DNA of 63,961 nt, filler included, from Octopus bimaculoides (taxonomy: Eukaryota), in NCBI RefSeq assembly GCF_001194135.2. It is 6 parts of 6 records of this genome, joined end to end, with 100 filler letters (N's around TTAATTAATTAA, not from the genome) between each part and the next. Parts side by side here need not be neighbours in the genome. Positions count along the whole stretch, not along the records: positions 49,843 to 58,309 come from NC_068991.1; positions 58,410 to 62,752 come from NC_068982.1; positions 62,853 to 63,961 come from NW_026426586.1; 3 more parts are not named here. One strand, 5' to 3'. Shown here piece after piece: positions 53,003 through 63,961 of the stretch; the first letter of the stretch is position 1, and each line of letters begins with the position of its first letter. Made by a program: the position numbers and the translations under genes. The notes below the pieces were generated by a model. The model was not told the DNA's origin, ran no database searches, and saw nothing but the letters and a program-made list of their open reading frames with translations.

Positions 53003-53213
53003 AGGTAGCGAGTCGGCAGAAACGTTAGCACGCCGGGCAAAATGCTTAGCGGTATTCCGTCTGTCTTGACGTTCTGAGTTCAAATTCCGCAAAGGTCGAC
53101 TTTGCCTTTCATCCTTTCGGGGTTGATAAATTAAGTACCAGTTGCGTACAAGGTCGATCTAATCGACTGGGCCCCTCCCCACAAATTTCGGGCCTTGTGC
53201 CTAGAGTGGAAAA
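53003..53213 (+). mobile_element. tRNA-derived SINE, family C, full-length
   Basis: B-box GAGTTCAAATTCC, core GGTCGACTTTGCCTTTCATCCTTTCGGGGTTGATAAATTAAGTACCAG, and 17-bp TSD GTATTTATTGACGGATT (52986-53002, 53214-53230). Confidence 0.9.
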
Positions 53214-53240
53214 GTATTTATTGACGGATTTATATATTAT

Positions 53241-53422
53241 TCATTAAAGACTACGGCGATGCTGGAGCACCGCCTTTAGTCGAGCAAATCGACCCCCAGG
53301 ACTTATTCTTTGTAAGCCTAGTACTTATTCTATCGGTCTCCTTTGCCGAACCGCTAAGTTACGGGGACGTAAACACACCGGCATCGGTTGTCAAGCGATG
53401 TTGGGGGGACAAACACAGACAA

Positions 53423-53461
<39 letters not shown>

Positions 53462-53549
53462 TATACGACGGGCTTCTTTCAGTTTCCGTCTACGAAATCC
53501 ACTCACAAGGCTTTGGTCGGCCCGTCGCTGTAGTAGAAGACACTTGCCC
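53241..53549 (-). mobile_element. SINE family B (5' end in gap)
   Basis: Close reverse-complement match to the family B tail and body, with internal (CA)n. Confidence 0.9.
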
Positions 53550-53871
53550 NNNNNNNNNNNNNNNNNNNNNNNNNNNNNNNNNNNNNNNNNNNNNNNNNNN
53601 NNNNNNNNNNNNNNNNNNNNNNNNNNNNNNNNNNNNNNNNNNNNNNNNNNNNNNNNNNNNNNNNNNNNNNNNNNNNNNNNNNNNNNNNNNNNNNNNNNNN
53701 NNNNNNNNNNNNNNNNNNNNNNNNNNNNNNNNNNNNNNNNNNNNNNNNNNNNNNNNNNNNNNNNNNNNNNNNNNNNNNNNNNNNNNNNNNNNNNNNNNNN
53801 NNNNNNNNNNNNNNNNNNNNNNNNNNNNNNNNNNNNNNNNNNNNNNNNNNNNNNNNNNNNNNNNNNNACGT

Positions 53872-54171
53872 AGACGCAGGCGTGACTGTATCGTAAGAAG
53901 CTTGATCCCTAATTACATGGTTCTGGGTTCAGTCCCACTACGTGGTACCTTGGGAGAGTATCTTCTACTATAGCCACGAGCCGTTAAAAACTGAAAGAAG
54001 CCTGTCGTATATATATGTGTGTGTATGCGTTTGTTGTGCGTCTGTGTTTGTCCCCCACCATCGCTTGACAACCGATGTTGGTGTGTTTAACTCCTCGTAA
54101 CTTAGCGGTTCGTGGGGTCGATTCGTTCGACTAAAAGACGGTGTTCCAGCCGTAGTCAAAAGACTGAAATA
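53872..54171 (+). mobile_element. SINE family B with two internal deletions
   Basis: Head, body and tail are present. Segments after AGCCG and after GCGGTTCG are missing relative to the other copies. Confidence 0.85.
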
Positions 54172-54437
54172 ATTGGTGTAAATACATCACTAGGCCGTGT
54201 ATTAAATCACTGGAATGTAGGACATATGTTTCTACGCTATTACGCATCATAAGCTACGTACACTGAGCCGTCCTTCATGGCTACTAAGGGCCATTTGCTC
54301 TTACATTAGAACAGCAAATGGAACATTTGGTGATGTGTTTGAATAAATTAATTAAAGACGAACGCGTTACATAAACTGTGAATGAAATAATTATATTTCA
54401 ATCAATGCTGCTTTGTAACATAAGCTACTTCGTTATA

Positions 54438-54826
54438 GTGGAGGTGCAATGGCCCAGTGGTTAGGGCAGTGGACTCGCGGTCATAGGATCGCGGTTTCGA
54501 TTCCCAGACCGGGCGTTGTGAGTGTTTATTGAGCGAAAACACCTAAAGCTCCACGAGGCTCCGGCAGGGGATGGTGGCGAACCCTGCTGTACTCTTTCAC
54601 CACAACTTTCTCTCACTCTTACTTCCTGTTTCTGTTGTGCCTGTATTTCAAAGGGTCAGCCTTGTCACACTGTGTCACACTGAATATCCCCGAGAACTAC
54701 GTTAAGGGTACACGTGTCTGTGGAGTGCTCAGCCACTTGCACATTAATTTCACGAGCAGGCTGTTCCGTTGATCGAATCAACTGGAACCCTCGGCGTCGT
54801 AAGCGACAGAGTGCCAACAACAACAA
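54438..54826 (+). mobile_element. SINE family A, full-length
   Basis: Near-identical to the copies at 34985 and 57081. 11-bp TSD ACTTCGTTATA (54427-54437, 54827-54837). Confidence 0.92.
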
Positions 54827-55689
54827 ACTTCGTTATAAACTGCACTGAGCACTTCTATGAAAATCTAAGGTTTTTTGTTTTAACAACAAAACTCCCAGTC
54901 ATATAAATATATTTGTTAATCAAGGTGTTTCTTTCGTCGGGCTTCAGCACAATATGCTCAGTCGGCACAATTTGTCTTATGACATTCTGAAAGCTTGTGT
55001 CCACTTCGTTATGTTGCCTCACGCACGTGGTGTATGTCTATGCGGATATCTGTATTATTATTTTTCTGCCTAAGCGAGATGTGTACATTCAACCACACAT
55101 ATGATGCATACATATGTATGTATGTATGTATGTATGTGTGTCTGCATGTGTGTATGTATATTGATAAATAGATAAATATATACACATATGCATACACACA
55201 CACACACAAACACATATATATATATATGTATGTATACATGCACATATGCATATATATATATATATGTGTGTGTATGTGTGTGTGTGTATGTTTAAACATA
55301 TTCATTAATTTATAAACATATATATTAGTGTATTATCTTGTGTGTATGCAAAAATATATGCATGCACACACACGCACGCACGCACACACACATGCACACA
55401 TTTTTGTACATGTGTGTATGTTTGCCATATGATAATTTGCCGTATAAGACCTGGTGAAAGAAATTATAAGAGAGAAAGTTAGATGGAACAGGATACAAAG
55501 GAAGATAGGGAGGGAGAGAGAGATAGAGAGAACGAAAGAGGTGGGAGAGAATTGGAAGTGGGACAGAGAGCATGGTGAGACGAAAGAAGAAAATAATAAA
55601 AAATAGTTATCTCAGACTATCGTAAAATTGAATAACAACAATATTAAACTTTATACCTACCTACCTACCTACCTACCTACCTAAATAAC

Positions 55690-56440
55690 TCATACCAAAG
55701 GAAGCTCAGGGTATTTATTAAAACTGATTGTAGACTGATTGTACCGGCAGACAAATCAGGAAACTTATATAAGATCGATTATAACACATATAAGACATTT
55801 ATACTTAAGGAACTAAATGCTAAGTGCAAATTAAAAACGAGAGAACCGTAAAAGTGAAACTCTGAGGCGAAGAAAATCATGGAAGATTTTAAACTATCTG
55901 ATAGAACTGAAGCCGTCACACCCTGCGAACCTCGGTTTACTCTAAAAGACCACAAGGGATGTTTCCACGAAAGACCTGTTAGACATATATGCCCCATCAG
56001 ATCGGATATCGCTTGGCTTAGTAAGTCTATGCTAGACAGAATCATACGGAAACTTATTCGAAAAATTAAACTTATTTCATGGTCTAATACTAAGGAAGCC
56101 ATATCCTGATATACATCGCTACAGAATGGAAGTAAGTACTCGTTCCTTCAATTCGATATAAATGGTTTTATTCAAGTATGTTCCTCATAATCCTAAATAA
56201 GGCTTTTATTTTTGCAAGAAACTTGACAGCCACTACTAAAGATAAGTCGGAATTATTCTAATTGCTAGAAGAACTATAATTGAATTTGAAGGTAGAGTGT
56301 GGACGAGAAGCGACAGCCCTGACAATTTTGATGCAACCATGGGGTCGAGCGCCTCGGCCTCGGTTACCGACATTGTAGGTATCTACTTTTGCATTGCATT
56401 GCTAGCGAATTCCCAGATCTTCGCAAAAGTGTGTTCAAGT
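55690..56440 (+). mobile_element. Penelope-like retroelement reverse transcriptase remnant
   Basis: FVPADKSGNLYK..., EPRFTLKDHK.....PVRHICPIRSDIAWLSKSMLDRI, SWSNTKEAI, FLQFDINGFY (RT motif), NFDATMGSSASASVTDIVGIY (MGS motif). Stops and frameshifts are present; it ends at (GT)n. Confidence 0.8.
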
Positions 56441-56446
56441 AACCGA

Positions 56447-56492
<46 letters not shown>

Positions 56493-56649
56493 NNNNNNNN
56501 NNTGTGTGTGTGTGTGTGTGTGTGAGTGTGTGTGTGCGTGTGTGTGTGTGTAAAATTTTGAATCAGAAACAACTCTAATAATGTGAAAATTATCGATGTC
56601 ATATTTAGTGCATGTGTTTTGTTCACACGTATGTTAGCTGTGAGATTTC

Positions 56650-56980
56650 ATCCCGGGGGAAAAGGTGAACGAATCGCCCACAGGTGATAGAGAATGGTGG
56701 ACATAGATAGTTTACTGTTATTTCAGCTCATCGGCACCGTACACCCGAGTCATCTCGAAGGAAATTGGAATCGCTGGTCTGGAGTATATATATGCAGATT
56801 ACGTACAATCTGTCTGCTCATGTGCAACAGCACCACACAAGTAAAACATAATTAAAATTGAAACAGACCAACAACTCGAATTCCTTTCGAGGTGACTCGG
56901 GTTTACGGTACTGTTGAGCTGAATTAACAGTGACGTCTACTGTTCTCGTTCACTTACAGGGTGATTCGTTTTGCCTGGAT
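56650..56980. mobile_element. Small foldback/MITE with ~125-bp imperfect inverted arms
   Basis: ACTGTTATTTCAGCTCATCGGCACCGTACACCCGAGTCATCTCGAAGG..GGTCTG pairs with CAGACC..CCTTTCGAGGTGACTCGGGTTTACGGTACTGTTGAGCTGAATTAACAGT. The outer AACGAATC / GATTCGTT also pair. Confidence 0.7.
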
Positions 56981-57080
56981 TGAAGTATTCAGTGTTTATT
57001 TAACACTAGACGTTTTAAAAAGACTTTTCTCTGGACCAATAATACGCGTATAAACAAATCACACACATTAAGTACACGGT

Positions 57081-57465
57081 GTGGAGGCGCAATGGCCCAA
57101 TGGTTAGGGCAGCGGACTCGTGGTCATAGGATCGCGGTTTCGATTCCCAGACCGGGCGTTGTGAGTGTTTATTGAGCGAAAACACCTAAAGCTCCACGAG
57201 GCTTCGGCAGGGGATGGTGGCGAACCCTGCTGTACTCTTTCACCACAACTTTCTCTCACTCTTACTTCCTGTTTCTGTTGTGCCTGTAATTCAAAGGGTA
57301 AGCCTTGTCACACTGTGTCACGCTGAATATCCCCGAGAACTACGTTAAGGGTACACGTGTCTGTGGAGTGCTCAGCCACTTGCACGTTAATTTCACGAGC
57401 AGGCTGTTCCGTTGATCGGATCAACTGGAACCCTCGACGTCGGAAGTGACGGAGTGCCAACAACA
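57081..57465 (+). mobile_element. SINE family A, full-length
   Basis: A/B boxes, (CAA)n tail, and 11-bp TSD AAGTACACGGT (57070-57080, 57466-57476). Confidence 0.92.
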
Positions 57466-58239
57466 AAGTACACGGTAAGGTTTATATATATATATATATG
57501 TGCGTGTGTGTGTGTGTGAGTTTGAGTGTGCGTGTTTTTATGTATACGAGTACATATGTGTATATAAAGATGCGTGGCCTAGTGGTTAGATCATTTGGCA
57601 TATAAACCATAAGGTCGTTGAGTGACTTCGTGGGTCGAAGTAGCCCATTATTGCTCAGTCACTTCATTATTACTCATTATTAATAATGAAGTAATAATTA
57701 TTACTTCATTATTATTTATGTCTATGTCACCTTTATTTTTCCAGATAACATTTATTTTTCCAGAATTTTCAGGAACACATTGTACAATGCATAACTGCAC
57801 CAAAATTTTAAACGGTAGAGTATAATTTGAAAGGAGAATTAACTGCTATTTCTATCCGCTCAATTGACCTACGAGAGCCCATCACACACGTGGCGACTCG
57901 AGTCTGGGACGTTGCAAAATAATATTTTGTTAAGAGTGCATTGCAGAATTGGATGCGTTGGAGGCGCTGTGGACAATAAATGAGTAAACTGTACCACAGA
58001 CGTATAATTTGTCTTCTCTTTCTTTTTATTCTTTATCGCCATGCTATTTTACCCCACGCTTCGCTCCACCTCTCTCTATTCACTCGTTATCACTATATTA
58101 TGTTTACCGCCATTTCCTTAATTTACATAGCTATGTTCACTTTCAACACCTTCTCCACTTCTACGGTATTTCTCGTCTCTTCTCTTCACCTCCTACCCAT
58201 TCGTCTACTACAATCTATTTAACTTAATCCTCAACCCTT

Positions 58240-58309
<70 letters not shown>

Positions 58310-58564
58310 NNNNNNNNNNNNNNNNNNNNNNNNNNNNNNNNNNNNNNNNNNNNTTAATTAATTAANNNNNNNNNNNNNNNNNNNNNNNNNNNNNNNNNNN
58401 NNNNNNNNNGTGTGTGTGTGTATAAGGGAGTATGTGCGCATTTGTGTATATGTGTCTTTTGAGTATATATCTGAGTATATATCACTTTCTTCGGATTCCG
58501 TGAATATATAAGTATGCGTGTATATACGTGTGCAAGTGTATATTGTATTGTATTGTATTACATA

Positions 58565-58616
<52 letters not shown>

Positions 58617-58866
58617 TACATCTTATATATACACGTATGCATATTAATATCCATCCACACATCCATGCAACCATACTGATACATCTTTGTATATATATAT
58701 ATATGTATATATGTATGTGTGTGTGTATAAATATTCCTTATACATAGTGTGTATAAATGTATGTATACAGATATATATATATATATATATATAAACCCTG
58801 TTCATAGTATGTATATATGCACGCACACACTCATACACACACTTACATACACACACACACAAACAC

Positions 58867-58928
<62 letters not shown>

Positions 58929-59389
58929 GTATCCATTCTTTTAAACTATATGTTAAGTTACCTTTGAAGGTGCCGCCGAAACTACGTAAATTTCTTTTCC
59001 TTCTCTTTTTAATTTCTCGGTCACGCTGTCTCTCCTCCTGCACCCCTCCTCACACCTCCCTATTCTCCTCCTTTCTCTTCTCCTCGCCCCCTCCTCTCTC
59101 CCACATCCTCCACCTTTTATTCTTCTATCGTTACTTTTTCGTTCTCCTCTCACCATCCCTCATGACTATCATCCTTACCGCCATCATGCATTTCTCCCCT
59201 ACTTTTTCTGAACCATAAAACTATTTAAGAAAGAAACGCTCAGCAATTTCGTTTTTATTTTTCTTCTTGATGTCCAAGTTCACCTTGGCTTTTATTAGGG
59301 TTCCCCACTTATTTTTGTGTGACTTACAAAACAGTAAATGTTAACAAATAAATACAATGAACTATAAAATAAATCTTCATATGTATGAA

Positions 59390-59390
59390 C

Positions 59391-59421
<31 letters not shown>

Positions 59422-59545
59422 CGTACGTACGTATATATGTATGTATGTATGTATGTATGTGTGTGTGTGCATGTATGTATGTATGTATGTATGTATGTAT
59501 GTATGTATGTATGTATGTATGCATGTATGTATGTATGCATTTCGT
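59390..59545. repeat. (TATG)n tetranucleotide array, part of a larger compound tract at 59380-60070
   Basis: Read directly from the sequence. Confidence 0.9.
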
Positions 59546-60017
59546 ACGTATGCATATGTGTGAATGTGTGTGTGTGTGTTTGTGTGTGGATGGATGGATG
59601 GATGTGTATGTATATATACATGTGTGTCTATGTATGTATGCGTATGTATGCATGAACGAATGTATGTATATATATGTATGCGNNNNNNNNNNNNNNNNNN
59701 NNNNNNNNNNNNNNNNNNNNNNNNNNNNNNNNNNNNNNNNNNNNNNNNNNNNNNNNNNNNNNNNNNNNNNNNNNNNNNNNNNNNNNNNNNNNNNNNNNNN
59801 NNNNNNNNNNNNNNNNNNNNNNNNNNNNNNNNNNNNNNNNNNNNNNNNNNNNNNNNNNNNNNNNNNNNNNNNNNNNNNNNNNNNNNNNNNNNNNNNNNNN
59901 NNNNNNNNNNNNNNNNNNNNNNNNNNNNNNNNNNNTGTAAGCATGCATGTATGCATGAATGTATTCACGTATGTATGTACGTACGTATGTATGTACGTTT
60001 GTATGTATGTACGTATG

Positions 60018-60048
<31 letters not shown>

Positions 60049-60587
60049 TATGTATGACGTGTGTTTGTGTGTAGTATATATGTATGTATATATCATTGCT
60101 ATAATGCAAAAGTGTCTTAAGTCCAAAACGTCGCTTTTTCAGAAAACGAAGAAATAGTTTTACCATTGTACTACTCTTTTGACAATTTTTGATATTTTGG
60201 CATCTGAAGCAGCTGGAGATACGATAGTTTGACCAAAAGAACTGGCTTATTGCAAGCAAAATTAAATATTGAAAAAATAAAAATACGTAGTTAGTCAAAT
60301 TTGGATATAGCAACGATATATATATATATATATATACGTACATGTACTATGTATGCACGTATACATATACACATGTAAGTTTATTTGTACGTATGCATGT
60401 ATGTACGTACTTATGTATTTATGTAATGCATGTACGAAAGTATATACTTACATGTATGCTCATACGTACGTATGTATGCATGTAACCAGGCATGTATGTA
60501 TATACATGTGTGTATTTGCACATATGCACGTACGCATGTATGTATATATGCATGTGTGTATGTAGTACAGGATGATGAAGAAAAATA

Positions 60588-61310
60588 TGTGGTAGTATCA
60601 AAAGGTTCCCGGACCTGTTATGTAGCGCGCCAACAGATGGCAGCACGCTATTGCGTGCGCAGTGAGAGCTAGCAGTGACCTTCATGGGGCAGTGTGCCGA
60701 GTGACATCGCTGTTTACTTCGCAAGTTGTGAAATATATGATTTTGTGATCATGTGCATGCTGTTGTCTGCGATTTTGTTATGAATAAGAACAAAAGTCAA
60801 AGTGAAATTTTGTGTTAAACTTGCGAAGTCTGCTACGGAGACATTGATTATGCTTCGGGAATAGATCGTACGCAGTGTTTCGAGTGGCACGGGCGCTTCA
60901 AAAGCGGGATAACGTACCTGGAAGGCGATGCGTGATGTGGAAGACCTGCAACGAGCATCACCTCTGGAAATGTGGCATTGTGCATCGAAAATTCGTCCCC
61001 CCAGGGCCAGACCGTCAATTGAGAGTTCTACTGCGACATTTTGAAGCGTTTGAGGGAGGATATTCGGTGAAAGCAACATGATCTGTGGAGCGCGAAGATT
61101 TGGATTCTTAATGACGACAATGCATCCTGTAACCGAACTCTCCTCCCTCGTGAGTTCCTTGCCAAAGACAACATGGTATCGCTTCCGCACCCGCACTATT
61201 GGCCTGATTTAGCACCTGCGGACTTTTCCCTAAGATGAAAATGCAATTCATAGGTCGCTGTACCAACATCGCTGTCGAGATCAAGAGCGAATTGCAGAAG
61301 GTGCTCTACT
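60588..61310 (+). mobile_element. Internally deleted mariner element, same family as 38771-39580 (right TIR missing)
   Basis: Shared 5' segment GGT.GTATCAAAA.GTTCC.GGAC..CCAACAGA.GGCAGCAC..TTGCGTGCGCAGTGAGAGCTAG. Transposase remnants KFCVKL.KSATET, IVHRKF, EFYCDILKRLREDIR, WILNDDNA and PHYWPDLAPADF. Confidence 0.85.
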
Positions 61311-62852
61311 CATACGAGGAAAACAGGGTAAAAAAAACCCAACGTAGATGATTGGACACGCTCACTCATGTTTGTTTCGTATGCATATACACGTGTGTGT
61401 GTATACATATGTATGTATGTGTGTGTGTGTGTATATATATATTTCTCCCCTTCAACTTTTCTCTCTCTTTCTCCCTCTTCCTCCTTTACTCTCTCTTGTT
61501 GCTCACATGTGACCATCGTCCATCTTTCTTTTCCTTCAGTCTGTCGCACAAACCAGACGCATTCTTACATGTCTCCTCCTTTATCTCTTTCCAAGTAAGT
61601 ATATATATATATATATNNNNNNNNNNNNNNNNNNNNNNNNNNNNNNNNNNNNNNNNNNNNNNNNNNNNNNNNNNNNNNNNNNNNNNNNNNNNNNNNNNNN
61701 NNNNNNNNNNNNNNNNNNNNNNNNNNNNNNNNNNNNNNNNNNNNNNNNNNNNNNNNNNNNNNNNNNNNNNNNNNNNNNNNNNNNNNNNNNNNNNNNNNNN
61801 NNNNNNNNNNNNNNNNNNNNNNNNNNNNNNNNNNNNNNNNNNNNNNNNNNNNNNNNNNNNNNNNNNNNNNNNNNNNNNNNNNNNNNNNNNNNNNNNNNNN
61901 NNNNNNNNNNNNNNNNNNNNNNNNNNNNNNNNNNNNNNNNNNNNNNNNNNNNNNNNNNNNNNNNNNNNNNNNNNNNNNNNNNNNNNNNNNNNNNNNNNNN
62001 NNNNNNNNNNNNNNNNNNNNNNNNNNNNNNNNNNNNNNNNNNNNNNNNNNNNNNNNNNNNNNNNNNNNNNNNNNNNNNNNNNNNNNNNNNNNNNNNNNNN
62101 NNNNNNNNNNNNNNNNNNNNNNNNNNNNNNNNNNNNTATATACATATATATCTATATATATATATATACATATATGTGTATGTACACACACACATGACGA
62201 ACTGACGTCGAAGACGACGTGTTGTGCGCGAAAACAGAAATGTATGTATGCATATGTATGTATGTATGTATGTATGTGTGTGTGTGTGTGTTTAGACGCC
62301 ATTATACAGCACCTATAGATCAACTCAATCCTCTGGATATCGCTCTACAATAACATCCTTTTCACCATCTCGGTTTTTTTGTTTTTGTTTTTTTAATCAC
62401 CCACGTATGTTAGTCAGTCAGTCAGTCTGTCAGTGCATCTGCCTTGTGATAGATTATGCCGCGACCAACCACAGCTGTGAAAAAAATAATAAACACAGAA
62501 AGTACAACAACGACAGCGACGGCGACGACGACGACGATAACGACTTGAAAGAACGACAATAAAAAGAAAACCCCCAGTGTTTTATGTTTTTATTCGTCGC
62601 CCGTGTCTTGGTTCAAAGAGGGGAGAGAAAGAAAGAAAGAGATTGAGAGGGGGGATGGGGAAATGTCCAAAATATCAGCTCTTATACGAGAAGAGGTCAA
62701 AGGCTTTGAGAAGGATTTTCAGCCATTGAAATATCTTTCTATGTTCTCTCTCNNNNNNNNNNNNNNNNNNNNNNNNNNNNNNNNNNNNNNNNNNNNTTAA
62801 TTAATTAANNNNNNNNNNNNNNNNNNNNNNNNNNNNNNNNNNNNNNNNNNNN

Positions 62853-62908
62853 GTGACAAGGCTGACCCTTCCAATGACATAAAACAGAACAGGGATTGAG
62901 AAGAAAAC
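62853..62908 (-). mobile_element. SINE family A internal fragment next to a gap
   Basis: GTGACAAGGCTGACCCTT is the reverse complement of the family A AAGGGTCAGCCTTGTCAC. Confidence 0.6.
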
Positions 62909-62960
62909 TATCACTCTATCTGTGTATGTGTTTATTTAAGTGTGTATGTATGTATATATA

Positions 62961-63360
62961 TGTTGTTGGCACTCCGTCGCTTACGGCGACGAGGGTTCCA
63001 GTTGATCCGATCAACGGAACAGCCTGCTCGTGAAATTAACGTGCAAGTGGTTGAGCACTCCACAGACACGTGTACCCTTAACGTAGTCCTCGGGGGATGG
63101 TGGCGAACCCTACTATACTCTTTCACCACGACTTTCTTTCACTCTCTCTTCCTGTTTCTGTTGTGCCTGTAATTCAAAGGGTCAGCCTTGTCACACTCTG
63201 TGTCACGCTGAATTTTCCCCCGAGAACTACGTTAAGGGTACACGTCTCTGTGGAGTGGTCAGCCACTTGCACGTCAATTTCACGAGCAGCAGGCTGTTCC
63301 GTTGGTCGGATCAACTGGAACCCTCGTCGTCGTAAGCGACGGAGTGCCAACAACAACAAC
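62961..63360. mobile_element. Self-inverted SINE family A: minus-strand 3' end fused to a 5'-truncated plus-strand copy
   Basis: 62961-63098 is the reverse complement of the SINE 3' end. It joins at GGGGAT (63093-63098) to a plus copy running to the (CAA)n tail at 63360. Confidence 0.9.
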
Positions 63361-63922
63361 AAATGTATGTATGTATGTATGTATGTATGTATGTATGAGC
63401 AAGAGCGATAGTGAGACTGGAAGATCGTTAAATCGATCGATGTGTCAGCGCGTACACGCTCACATGCAGGCACGTATCGCATCCGTAGTAGAAAGAATGC
63501 GTTAAGTCTATTTATGAATGAAAATTGCTGACCGATCTAATAGTAATTGGAAAAACCTTGTTGGCGAGTAAATCCGAAAATATTCATAATTATGAATGAA
63601 ACATTCGACAGGGGAGTGCTGTGAGAAGAGGAGAGGAAGTTGGAGTGGAGGTTAGAGTGAAAGTGTGAGTGTAGATTTCGTAAAGTATGTGATGTTTATA
63701 AATATATCCCCGAGGAGGCGTATTTGAGAGTACGCGTGTATGAATGTGTGTGTGTGTATGTATATGTGTCTATGTGTGTGTATGGGTGTGTGTATATGTG
63801 TATGTGTATACGTGTGTGCTAATGTATATGTGTGTATATATATGTGTGTGTGTCTGCGTATGCACATGCATCTGTGAGTTTGTACGTGTGAATGCTCGTG
63901 TGTGTGTGAGCTTATGTATATG

Positions 63923-63961
<39 letters not shown>

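Overview
AT-rich, microsatellite-saturated eukaryotic draft-assembly DNA with about 20 N-gaps (roughly 9% of the window). The SINE repertoire and repeat landscape resemble an octopus (coleoid cephalopod) genome; this is inference, not a database result. I found no intact host protein-coding gene, RNA gene or CRISPR array, so the window reads as intronic or intergenic. It holds at least three tRNA-derived SINE families (called A, B and C here), three mariner remnants plus a more degraded fourth, a pogo/Tigger transposase pseudogene, Penelope-like element (PLE) RT and GIY-YIG remnants, other LINE and LTR-like fragments, and three long inverted-repeat (foldback) elements. The most interesting signals are: (1) an inverted pair of a ~115-bp repeat unit at 43.6-44.6 kb, each copy starting at a minimal type-I hammerhead-ribozyme-like motif; (2) a self-inverted SINE hairpin at 63.0-63.4 kb; (3) two SINEs inserted sequentially into one target site at 2.0-2.6 kb; (4) a back-to-back (CCCTAA)n/(TTAGGG)n palindrome at 50.95 kb. 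All family assignments come from motif recognition by eye and need computational confirmation.
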